The position numbers and the translations under genes were made by a program. Positions 28,352-38,407 of a stretch of DNA of 41,034 bases are shown piece after piece (the first letter of the stretch is position 1; every line of letters begins with the position of its first letter). The notes beneath the pieces are model-generated. The model did not search any database and was not told the DNA's origin. It saw only the letters and a list, made by a program, of their open reading frames with translations. The stretch is from Thermoanaerobaculia bacterium (GTDB lineage Bacteria; Acidobacteriota; Thermoanaerobaculia; UBA5066), in the NCBI GenBank assembly GCA_038245905.1, contig JBBRRY010000032.1, positions 1-41,034 of the forward strand, in the 5' to 3' direction.

Positions 28352-29850
28352 GCGCGACCGCCATCCGGCCTCTTCGCTCCAACAACGTGAAATCCGGCTT
28401 TGCGGTCGGGCTCGCTTCGCGCGGCGTTCGGTTCCTGACGAACCTCATTCTCGCCCGCGCCATCATCCTGCAGTTCGGGCCCGGAAAATGGGGAATCCTC
28501 GCCCTCTGCTGGGCCGTCGGCGATCTCGTCTTCATCGCCGATCTTGCGATTCACGAGCTTTCGCTCTACGAATCGGCGGCCTCCACATCACGCAAGGGTG
28601 CGCAGCGGAGCCTCGATCAGGCCCTGCTTCTGTGCATCCTGCCCGCCGGCCTCGGCACGCTGGCCCTCCTCGCGTGTGCCGTAGCGGCCGCACAAGGAAT
28701 CGTCTTCCGCGCGGACTACGCCGGGCCGACGCTCGCGTTGCTGTTCCTTTCTGCGGCGGCCGCGTATCCCATTCTCATCGTGAACAAGGTCTACATCGGA
28801 ACCCTGCAGGGGTTCGGCTGGATCCGTGAGCTCAACCTCTGGGCCCTCTGTACGCTCCTTCTGGATTTCGGTGTGGTGGTCGCGGGCCTGAAAGCCGGGT
28901 TCGGCGTCGTCGCGATCCAGTGGACACGCGCCGGTCTCGCGCCGATCGGTCTCCTCCTCCTCCTCTGGACCGTCCGCCGGCTCGGTCTGCCCGTGGCCCG
29001 GCCGCGGACGCCTGATCGTGCCCTTCTTCGGCCCATGCTGCATTACGCGGTGAACTACAACTTCAACCGGGGTCTCGGGACCGCTGCCGCGTCCACGAGC
29101 GCACCCATTGCCCAGTTCTTCGTGCCGGCGGCGGCACTCGGCGCGTTCGGCGCCGCGGACCAATGGGCTTCGAAGCTCCGAAAGTTCACCGATGTCGCCT
29201 GGGAGTCGATCTACCACCGGCTCGTGCACAGTCTCCGGGCAGACGCCTCAGAAGACGAGCGCGAGGCCGGCCGTCTTCAATTTCTCGCCGTGTCGCTCGG
29301 CATCAACCTTCTCCTCGTTCCCGCGGGCGTCGCCCTGATACTCGCCGGTCCGTGGCTTTTCCGAGCGTGGCTGGATGCCAAGAACGCGGCATTGCCGCTC
29401 ACGCTCCTACCAGGCCTCGTAGCCGCCTGGACGCTCAATGCCACGTGCAGCCCTTTGACATGGGTGTTGCTGGCCATGAACCGGTTCAGCTTATCCGCGC
29501 GCATTCATGTGATTACCGTCACCGTCAGCATTCCTCTGACCGTCGCTCTGACGAAGATCCGCGGCATCTCGGGAGCGGTCGAGGCGATGGTGATCTCGAG
29601 CCTCCTCCTTGCCTTTCTCCTCTCCGTTTCCGCATGCCGCCTGACCCGCACCAGCTGGTGGCGTTGGTTCCGTGGCAACTCGATACCCTACGCCGTGGCG
29701 GTCGCGGTTCTGCTCTGGTCCCGGAGTTCGGATTCTCTCGGGACGAGAGCTCTCGCGATGAGTCTTTCGATTGCCGCGTCGGTGGCGATCGGGCTCAAAG
29801 CGCGAAGCTTTCGACTGCTGGGCGAGATCCTCAGAAGGGAGCGCGCCTAG
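28348..29850 (+). CDS. Wzx-like oligosaccharide flippase (MOP superfamily)
   Basis: About 500 aa with many TM segments, N-terminal LAR...G..KWG pattern, GxxGA near the C-terminus, located in a glycan operon with ATGA coupling. Confidence 0.72.
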   Translation: MSATAIRPLRSNNVKSGFAVGLASRGVRFLTNLILARAIILQFGPGKWGILALCWAVGDLVFIADLAIHELSLYESAASTSRKGAQRSLDQALLLCILPAGLGTLALLACAVAAAQGIVFRADYAGPTLALLFLSAAAAYPILIVNKVYIGTLQGFGWIRELNLWALCTLLLDFGVVVAGLKAGFGVVAIQWTRAGLAPIGLLLLLWTVRRLGLPVARPRTPDRALLRPMLHYAVNYNFNRGLGTAAASTSAPIAQFFVPAAALGAFGAADQWASKLRKFTDVAWESIYHRLVHSLRADASEDEREAGRLQFLAVSLGINLLLVPAGVALILAGPWLFRAWLDAKNAALPLTLLPGLVAAWTLNATCSPLTWVLLAMNRFSLSARIHVITVTVSIPLTVALTKIRGISGAVEAMVISSLLLAFLLSVSACRLTRTSWWRWFRGNSIPYAVAVAVLLWSRSSDSLGTRALAMSLSIAASVAIGLKARSFRLLGEILRRERA

Positions 29851-29886
29851 CTCGCAATCACGCGGTGCATTGAGTACGCTCCCGGC

Positions 29887-30990
29887 ATGAACCTCCTCGT
29901 GACCGGCGGCGCGGGATTTGTGGGCTCGAGCCTCGCGCTGGCGCTCAAGAAGAAAAACCCCGGGTGGGACGTCACGGCTTTCGACAACCTGAAGAGGCGC
30001 GGCTCGGAGCTCGGCCTTCCACGGCTCTCGGCGGGGGGCGTCCGGTTCGTCCACGGTGACGTGCGAATTCCGAGCGACCTCGACGCGGCGGGCGCCAGCG
30101 ACGTCGTTCTCGAGTGCTCGGCGGAACCGTCTGTCCTTGCCGGTCTCGACGGGTCACCGGCCTACGTCCTCGACACGAATCTCGGCGGGACGATCCACTG
30201 CCTCGAGCACGCGCGGCGCGCCGGAGCCGGGTTCCTCTTCCTCTCGACGAGCCGCGTGTATCCGATCGAGGCGCTCGCGGGCCTCCCGCTTCGGGAAGCG
30301 GCGACGCGCTTCGAGCTCACGCCGGGCTCGCCTTCGGTACCGGGCCTCTCCGAGCACGGAATCGCCGAGAACTTCACTCTTGCGGGAGCGCGCTCCCTCT
30401 ACGGCGCCACGAAGCTGTGCTCGGAGCTCCTCATCGCCGAATACGTCGCCGCGTACTCCCTCCCTGCCGTCGTAAACCGCTGCGGCGTCCTCGCGGGGCC
30501 ATGGCAAATGGGCCGGGTCGACCAGGGGATCGTCATGCACTGGGCCTCCAGCCACCTCTTCGGCTGGCCTCTTCAGTACATCGGATTCAGCGGCACAGGC
30601 AAGCAGGTCCGGGATCTCCTCCACGTCGACGATCTCGCCGATCTCGTCTCCCTTCAGATCCCGCGACTCCGGGAGCTGGCCGGGCAGACCTTCAACGTCG
30701 GCGGCGGTCGCGACGTCTCGGTCTCACTCGTCGAGCTCACCGAACTCTGCGCGTCCGCGACGGGCCTTCGCGTGCCGATCACGAGCGTGCCGAGGACGCG
30801 TATCGCCGACGTTCCCATCTACCTCACCGATACGCGCCGCGTTCAGAAGGCTTTCGGCTGGCAGCCGAAACGTTCGGCGATCGACATCGTCGCCGATTCC
30901 GTGGAGTGGCTGCGCACGCTTCGGGAATCCCTGCTTCAAGTCTTCGACCCCACAGGCGAACGCAGCCGGACGGCCTCCCGCAAGAACTAG
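29887..30990 (+). CDS. Extended SDR NAD-dependent epimerase/dehydratase, CDP-paratose 2-epimerase-like (YxxxK intact)
   Basis: VTGGAGFVG, DNLKRRGSE, AEPSV, LSTSRVY, SLYGATK, GPWQMG..DQG, GKQVRD, FNVGGG. Confidence 0.86.
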   Translation: MNLLVTGGAGFVGSSLALALKKKNPGWDVTAFDNLKRRGSELGLPRLSAGGVRFVHGDVRIPSDLDAAGASDVVLECSAEPSVLAGLDGSPAYVLDTNLGGTIHCLEHARRAGAGFLFLSTSRVYPIEALAGLPLREAATRFELTPGSPSVPGLSEHGIAENFTLAGARSLYGATKLCSELLIAEYVAAYSLPAVVNRCGVLAGPWQMGRVDQGIVMHWASSHLFGWPLQYIGFSGTGKQVRDLLHVDDLADLVSLQIPRLRELAGQTFNVGGGRDVSVSLVELTELCASATGLRVPITSVPRTRIADVPIYLTDTRRVQKAFGWQPKRSAIDIVADSVEWLRTLRESLLQVFDPTGERSRTASRKN

Positions 30991-32705
30991 GGACCTGTCG
31001 CCGCACCCCGCGGTAGAAACAGCACGCCCTCCGACGCATGCCGCACGGGCGTCGGGCCTTCGCCGATGCGCCTCACCGGAACGTACCGGCGCGAGACCTC
31101 ACGGAAAAAGTCGTCGAGGAGTCCGTGTCCGTACACCGCGCCTCCGAACTCCGGAAAGGCCCGGTTCGTGACGAGGATCGCGTCGGGCGGCCGCTCGCGG
31201 AGGCGCCGGATCATCAACCTCTCAGCATCGGCATTCTGGATTCCGGGCACGAAGAGCTCGTCGACGAAGGGGTTTCTCCGGCCGGTCGCGAAAAGGAGGA
31301 ACCCTGGCTCGGGGAAGATACCCACTGTCCCGCCCTCGGGGACCGTCTTTCGGATGACGCGCGCCGCCTCCATTACGAAGCGCGCCTCGGAAGGTACGAG
31401 GAAGAGCGACGCCCCCGGGAGGCGCACGAAGGTCATCGGGGCCAGCGCGATGCCGCGCACGCGTCCCGCTATCTGAGCCGCGCAGAGGCCGAGAACGAGA
31501 GCCGTGAATGCGGCACGGGCGCCGGACGCGCGTGTCCCGAGCCACGCGAGAGCGACGACGAGCGCGAGGGGCGCAGAGAAGGCCGCATAGACCGGGTTCC
31601 TGAGGAAGAAGGGCTGGCGGACGAGAGCGGCGAGCATGACGAGCGCGATTCCCAGAGGGGCCGCGCATTCGGCCAGACGGCCCCGCGTCCAGGCAATCGC
31701 GCCTCGCACGAAGGAAGCGACCGCAACACAAAGCGCGAGAGGCAGCAACGCGTGCAGCCAGGCGTTGTCGGGCGCGAAGAATGTGAGCGCGCCCGCGACG
31801 AAGAGAACGGGCGGGAGGACTCTCCCTGCGCGCTCGCCGGCGAACGGGATCGCCAGCGCGAGCCCGACGAGAAGAACCGAGGGGAAGAGAGCCTCGAAAA
31901 AGCCGCCGAGCGCGAACGACGTCGTGCTCATTCCGCCGAAAAGGACCGACTCGTAGACGAGTCGCCACGATTCTGGGACGTCGAGAGCAATCAGAAATCC
32001 CTGTCGCCTCATGAGATCGGTGCCGAACGCCAGCACCGGAACGCCGAAGGCGATTCCAGCCTCGCACGCCGCCACGACCGCGGCGAAGGCCGCCTCTTTG
32101 CGCGGGCGCCTCAGCGCGAGGACGAGAAGAGGGCCGGCGAGGGCGACCGGCAGGAACTCGAGCTTGGTCCCCGCCGCGAGGCCCGCGACCGCTCCGGCCA
32201 TCAGAGACGAGCGCATCGACCCCGATGAAAGCGACAGCCCGAGCGCCCACCACACGCCGATCGTCCCCGTCAGGGCGGCAACGCTGTAGGGGAAGGGCCA
32301 CGAGCCCCCGATGCCGAATGCGCAGGCAGCGACGGCGAAAGAGCAGATGGCGGCTGCCGGCGCGCCCTCCGCGACGAGCCTGCGCGCGAGTCGTCGGAGC
32401 GCTTCAACTCCCAGAAGGGCGAGCAGCGTTCGCCACGCGACGAGGACGTCGAGGCTTCGACCAAACGTTCGAAGAAGAGCGCCATCGAAGAGGGGTGGAA
32501 GCGGGCCGTACGAGTACCCGACGTCTCGATAGAGCACCTCGCCCTCGGCAAGACGGAGAGCTGTGTTCATCTCGCGCCCCGAGTCCTCGAACGGCAGGAC
32601 CCAGCGCCGGAACGTCGCCGCATACAGGACGAGGAATACGACGTAGGGCAGCAGCATCCAGGCGGTTCTCGTCCGGCCCTCGGTCGTCCGCAAGCTCGCG
32701 TACAT
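30987..32705 (-). CDS. Polytopic membrane protein, GT-C-like glycosyltransferase
   Basis: EDSGRE...A.RL..GEVLYRD....YGP after TM1, TK.E motif, multiple TMs and a soluble C-terminal domain. Confidence 0.62.
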   Translation of the reverse strand: MYASLRTTEGRTRTAWMLLPYVVFLVLYAATFRRWVLPFEDSGREMNTALRLAEGEVLYRDVGYSYGPLPPLFDGALLRTFGRSLDVLVAWRTLLALLGVEALRRLARRLVAEGAPAAAICSFAVAACAFGIGGSWPFPYSVAALTGTIGVWWALGLSLSSGSMRSSLMAGAVAGLAAGTKLEFLPVALAGPLLVLALRRPRKEAAFAAVVAACEAGIAFGVPVLAFGTDLMRRQGFLIALDVPESWRLVYESVLFGGMSTTSFALGGFFEALFPSVLLVGLALAIPFAGERAGRVLPPVLFVAGALTFFAPDNAWLHALLPLALCVAVASFVRGAIAWTRGRLAECAAPLGIALVMLAALVRQPFFLRNPVYAAFSAPLALVVALAWLGTRASGARAAFTALVLGLCAAQIAGRVRGIALAPMTFVRLPGASLFLVPSEARFVMEAARVIRKTVPEGGTVGIFPEPGFLLFATGRRNPFVDELFVPGIQNADAERLMIRRLRERPPDAILVTNRAFPEFGGAVYGHGLLDDFFREVSRRYVPVRRIGEGPTPVRHASEGVLFLPRGAATGP

Positions 32706-32734
32706 CGGTCGCGCTCAGGGTAGCGCAGCGGCCG

Positions 32735-32767
32735 AAAAGAAAAAGGCCCGGCGTTTCCGCCGGGCCT
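32735..32767 (-). terminator. Rho-independent terminator of groESL
   Basis: On the minus strand: AGGCCCGGCG-GAAA-CGCCGGGCCT followed by a U-rich tract, 23 nt after the groEL stop. Confidence 0.9.
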
Positions 32768-32790
32768 GACCTAAATGAGAGGTAAGAGGG

Positions 32791-34446
<1,656 letters not shown>

Positions 34447-34740
34447 TTACTTCGTCTCGACGATGGCAAGCACTTCATCCTCGCGGAGGATGAGGAGCTC
34501 TTCGTCTTCGATCTTGATTTCGGTGCCGGCGTACTTGCCGATGAGGATGCGGTCGCCCTTCTTCACGTCGAGCGGGATGCGCTTGCCGTTGTCGTCGAAC
34601 TTGCCTTCGCCGACGGCCTCGACCTTCGCTTCCATGGGCTTTTCCTTGGCGGTGTCGGGAATGATGATTCCGCCGCGCACCTGCTCTTTGGCTTCGACGC
34701 GCTTGACGAGAATCCGGTCATAGAGGGGACGAACTTTCAT
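34447..34740 (-). CDS. groS: Co-chaperonin GroES
   Basis: [14 protein letters not shown]...[13 protein letters not shown]...KYAGTE. AAGGAG RBS before ATG 34740. Confidence 0.98.
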   Translation of the reverse strand: MKVRPLYDRILVKRVEAKEQVRGGIIIPDTAKEKPMEAKVEAVGEGKFDDNGKRIPLDVKKGDRILIGKYAGTEIKIEDEELLILREDEVLAIVETK

Positions 34741-34771
34741 GGGATGCTCCTTGTTTCTCGCTCGCATCTTG

Positions 34772-34798
34772 TTAGCAGTCAAGAGCGACGAGTGCCAA
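34772..34798 (-). promoter_or_regulatory. CIRCE operator (HrcA binding site)
   Basis: Plus strand TTAGCAGTC-N9-GAGTGCCAA versus consensus TTAGCACTC-N9-GAGTGCTAA (one mismatch per arm), between the promoter and groES. Confidence 0.92.
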
Positions 34799-34799
34799 G

Positions 34800-34828
34800 A
34801 ATGTAGTCCTCTCGGGGAAATCTGTCAA
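34800..34828 (-). promoter_or_regulatory. Sigma70-type promoter of groESL
   Basis: Minus strand TTGACA-N17-TACATT immediately upstream of CIRCE. Confidence 0.85.
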
Positions 34829-34877
34829 GATAACCTATAGATCTAATGTAAGTAATTGTATTTGAATGAGTTAAATA

Positions 34878-36041
34878 CTATGACTCACGGGAGAAGGCCG
34901 CGAGAGTGCTCGAAAGAGCTGCCTTCTGCTCGCCCGTGAGCTCCGGAAAGACCGGAATCGCCAGCGTCTCCTTCGCCGCGCGTTCGGATTCCGGGAAGTC
35001 GCCGGCCTTGCCTCCGAGCGAAAAAAAACACTCCTGAAGGTGGAGGGGAACCGGGTAGTAGATCGCCGCCCCGATCGACCTCTTCTCCAGATATTCCTTC
35101 AAAGAATCTCTTCTTCCGCGTCCGACTCTCACGACGAACTGGTTGAAGACGTGGTGCCGCCCGGCGGCTTCGCGGGGGAACTTCAGGCCGCCCCTCTCGA
35201 ACGGGAGGCCGCCGCCCTCGAGATAGCGGCGCTCGATGTCCTTCGCGTTCGTCCGGCGCGCCTCGGCCCAGCCGTCGAGGTGCGGGAGCTTCACGTGGAG
35301 GACTGCCGCTTGGAGCGCGTCGAGGCGGAAGTTCCCGCCCACGAACTTGTGGTGGTAGCGGCTCGTCTCGCCGTGCATGCGCATGGCGCGGAGCGTCGCC
35401 GCGAAGGCGTCATCCTCTGTCATCACCATCCCGCCGTCACCGAACCCGCCGAGGTTCTTGGACGGAAAGAACGAGAACGCGCAGGAATCGCCGAGCATTC
35501 CAGCCTTCACGCCCTTGTACGCGGCGCCGAGGGACTGGCAGGCGTCCTCGAGGACCGGAATCCCCTTCTTCTTCGCGATCTCCCGGATCGGGTCCATGTC
35601 GGCGCACTGGCCGTAAAGATGGACGGGCTGAATGAGCTTCGTTCTCGGTGTTAGCGCCTTCTCGAGCTTCGCGGGGTCGAGGTTGAACGTCTCGGGCTCG
35701 ATATCGACGAAGACGGGCCGAGCGCCGAGGCGCGCGACAGCGCCTGCGGATGCGAAAAAGGTGTACGGCGAGGTCACGACGTCGTCGCCCGGGCCGATCC
35801 CAAGCGCCATCATGACGGCGAGCTGCGCGTCGGTTCCGGATGACATTCCAACCGCGTGCTTCGCGCCGACGTAGGCCGCGACGGCCTTTTCGAACGCCTC
35901 GACCCGGGGGCCCAGGATGAAGTACTGGCTGTCGTAAACCTCGGCGGTGACTCGGAGGATCTCGTCCCTGAGCGTCGCGTACTGCTTCTTGAGATCGAGA
36001 AGGGGGACGGGAACGGCGGGCGGAGCGATGGGAGTCGTCAC
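34878..36041 (-). CDS. DegT/DnrJ/EryC1/StrS PLP-dependent sugar aminotransferase
   Basis: SSGTDA, YTFFAS, PVHLYGQ, EDACQ, SFFPSKNLGGFGDGG, NFRLDALQAA, YYPVPLH. Confidence 0.92.
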   Translation of the reverse strand: MTTPIAPPAVPVPLLDLKKQYATLRDEILRVTAEVYDSQYFILGPRVEAFEKAVAAYVGAKHAVGMSSGTDAQLAVMMALGIGPGDDVVTSPYTFFASAGAVARLGARPVFVDIEPETFNLDPAKLEKALTPRTKLIQPVHLYGQCADMDPIREIAKKKGIPVLEDACQSLGAAYKGVKAGMLGDSCAFSFFPSKNLGGFGDGGMVMTEDDAFAATLRAMRMHGETSRYHHKFVGGNFRLDALQAAVLHVKLPHLDGWAEARRTNAKDIERRYLEGGGLPFERGGLKFPREAAGRHHVFNQFVVRVGRGRRDSLKEYLEKRSIGAAIYYPVPLHLQECFFSLGGKAGDFPESERAAKETLAIPVFPELTGEQKAALSSTLAAFSRES

Positions 36042-36050
36042 ACCCCTACG

Positions 36051-37064
36051 CTACACCAGCCCGCGGGCCGACAGCTCGGACTTGGCCCATGCGTAGACGA
36101 CGGGGGCGAGGATGAGACCCGAGACGCCGAACACCGCGTCGAGGACGATCATCGCGATGAGCGTCTCCCAGATGGCGGCGCCGATGCGCGCGCCCACGAT
36201 CTTCGCGTTCAGGAAATACTCGAGCTTGTGGACGACGAGAAGGAAGACGACCGATGCGACCGCTACCCACGGCGAGACGCCGAGGGAAAGAAGAACGACG
36301 AACGTGTTCGAAACGAGGTTCCCGACCACGGGCAGGAGGCCGCAAACGAATGTGAGCGCGATGAGAGTCCCCGCGAGCGGCACATGGACTCCAAAGAGCG
36401 GGAGCCCCGCGAGGAGGTAGAGGCTCGTCAGGACCGTGTTCACGGCTGAGATCTCGAGTTGTGCCTTGGCCACGGACCGGAACGCGGCATCGAAGCGCGC
36501 GATCCTCTCGACGAGGGCGGCCCCGAGAGGCGTGTCGATCTTTTCGGGCGCCCGGAAGAACACGAGCACCCCGAGCACGGCGCCGACGAGCGCGTGAACG
36601 AGGCCACGAAGTCCGATCACGCCCGCATGGCGGAGCTCTGCGGAGTGGGTCGAAACCCAGGCGGTCTTCGACGGCTCGTCGTCGCCCCCGGGCGCGGGAA
36701 GCGGGATCCCGAGCGACTCGAGGGAGGAAAGCAGCTTTTTCAGTGTCTCACCCACCGAAGCAAGGAGCCCCGGAAGATCTCCGAGCTTTCCCCGGACGAA
36801 AGCGTGCAGCAGGACGGCCGCCCCAACGACGACGCCCGCTGCGAGGAGGCCGAGGAGCGAAACGGCAAGGGCGCGGGCGACGCCGTGCGACACGCGCCTC
36901 CCTCGGAGGCGCCGCGTGACGCCCTTCAGGAGCATGTGGGCGACAAACCCCGCGAACAGCGCCGGCACGAGATGGAAGAGAAGGACGCACAGGACCGCGG
37001 CGGCCGCGAGGATCTCCGACGCCCGCTCGCAGCGCGCCGCCGTTTCCTCGATCTTCGACGTCAT
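36051..37064 (-). CDS. AI-2E (PerM) family transporter
   Basis: AQLEISAVNT, GLLPVVGNL, HKLEYFLNAKIVG, FG..GLILAP; multiple TMs. Confidence 0.85.
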   Translation of the reverse strand: MTSKIEETAARCERASEILAAAAVLCVLLFHLVPALFAGFVAHMLLKGVTRRLRGRRVSHGVARALAVSLLGLLAAGVVVGAAVLLHAFVRGKLGDLPGLLASVGETLKKLLSSLESLGIPLPAPGGDDEPSKTAWVSTHSAELRHAGVIGLRGLVHALVGAVLGVLVFFRAPEKIDTPLGAALVERIARFDAAFRSVAKAQLEISAVNTVLTSLYLLAGLPLFGVHVPLAGTLIALTFVCGLLPVVGNLVSNTFVVLLSLGVSPWVAVASVVFLLVVHKLEYFLNAKIVGARIGAAIWETLIAMIVLDAVFGVSGLILAPVVYAWAKSELSARGLV

Positions 37065-38407
37065 GTGCGCGGATTATCCGACATGGCCCGGGAGACCTCC
37101 GCCAGCCGGTCGCATTCGGCGACGAGCGCGTCCCGTTCGGCCCTGAGGCGCGCGATCGCTCCCGGCGCGACGAGGAGAGCGAGAAGTTCCCTGGCCTGCC
37201 TCTCGCGCCACGAGGCGTATTCGAGGAAGCGAAGAGAGGAAATTCCTGCGAGTGGAAGAGAGACGACAGCGAGAGCGGCCCATGCGGCGCCGCCGATGAC
37301 CCAGACGGCCGCGGACCATCCCGCCAGGGTCAACGGGAAGAGCACGAGGCCCGCGATCAGCTTGTAGAGCGCGATCTGGTCGCGCTCCTTCGCGGCGCCC
37401 GGAACGCGCTTCGCAACGCTTCCACAAAGGCGATAGGGAACCCACCACGCGGCCACGCCGAGGACGGCGACAGGGAACCCGAGGACGATCACGGCGAGAG
37501 CCCTCAGCGTGTGCCAGAGGATCGCCCGAAGCGGGGGTGGATCGTCGAGGGAGGAGAAAGAGAGAGAAATTCTGCTTAGAAGGTGGTCGAGGGCAAGCGT
37601 TCGCCGCACGAGCGAGCGAACCTCGCCGGGATGCGATGTCTCTAATGCGCCGCGCGCCCCAAGCAGAAGCTGGCGGACGCGCAGCGACCGTCCCAGCTGC
37701 CCCTCCCCCTCTTCGCCTTTTAAGAAATCTCTTCCGATCTTCCCCCCGTCAAGGGCATCGACCGCCGCGGCGACCTCGTGGTCTTTCCAGTCGTCCGCGT
37801 TCAAAGTGACGGCCTCGAGCGCGACGCCGATCGTGTCCGTCCATTCCTCGACACCCGCCGCCGCGGGCGGGAGCACGGGCGGGCCAACGCGGAGCAGCAC
37901 CTCCGACCGGAACTCTTCTTTCTTCGTGAACCAGAGACCGAGGGGAAGAACGACCGGGGATTTCTTAGAAAGTAAGAGAACGCGGGCGGCGCCGGTGCGC
38001 ATCAGTGAGAGACGGGGATCCGAGTGCGAGCGCCCCTCGGGGAAGATCAGGACGCAGCCGCCCTCGTCGAGCACCGCGGCGAGCCGCTCGAACGAGTTCC
38101 TGTTCCTCTCTTCCCCTTTCAAAGAAATCTCCCGGTCCTCCTCCCCTCTTCTCACGACCGGAACGCAGCCGAGAAGGTCGAGGAGCGACCGCAGCACCGG
38201 GATTTTCCACAGCGTCGACTTCGCGACGAAGACGACGGGGCGCGGGAGCGCATGGAGGACGACCATCGGGTCCACGAGGCCGTTGTTGTGGTTCGCGACA
38301 AAGAGCACAGGCCCCTCCCGCGGCACGCGCTCGAATCCGGAGACCTCGATGCGCCGGTAGAAGAGGCCGACGAGAATGCGGACGAGCTGGACGAAAGCGC
38401 TCCTCAC
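37061..38407 (-). CDS. Lysophospholipid/glycerol-3-phosphate acyltransferase (PlsC-like) with C-terminal TMs
   Basis: ANHNNGLVD (HxxxxD), FVAKSTLW, IFPEGRSH, TGAAR. GTG 38407 overlaps the MFS stop. Confidence 0.85.
   Translation of the reverse strand: MRSAFVQLVRILVGLFYRRIEVSGFERVPREGPVLFVANHNNGLVDPMVVLHALPRPVVFVAKSTLWKIPVLRSLLDLLGCVPVVRRGEEDREISLKGEERNRNSFERLAAVLDEGGCVLIFPEGRSHSDPRLSLMRTGAARVLLLSKKSPVVLPLGLWFTKKEEFRSEVLLRVGPPVLPPAAAGVEEWTDTIGVALEAVTLNADDWKDHEVAAAVDALDGGKIGRDFLKGEEGEGQLGRSLRVRQLLLGARGALETSHPGEVRSLVRRTLALDHLLSRISLSFSSLDDPPPLRAILWHTLRALAVIVLGFPVAVLGVAAWWVPYRLCGSVAKRVPGAAKERDQIALYKLIAGLVLFPLTLAGWSAAVWVIGGAAWAALAVVSLPLAGISSLRFLEYASWRERQARELLALLVAPGAIARLRAERDALVAECDRLAEVSRAMSDNPRT

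Noticed and set aside
34849-34876. dif (XerCD) site suggested by ...GTTAAAT
   Set aside because: Only part of the XerD arm matches. The XerC arm and the central TAA-N6-TTA pattern are absent.
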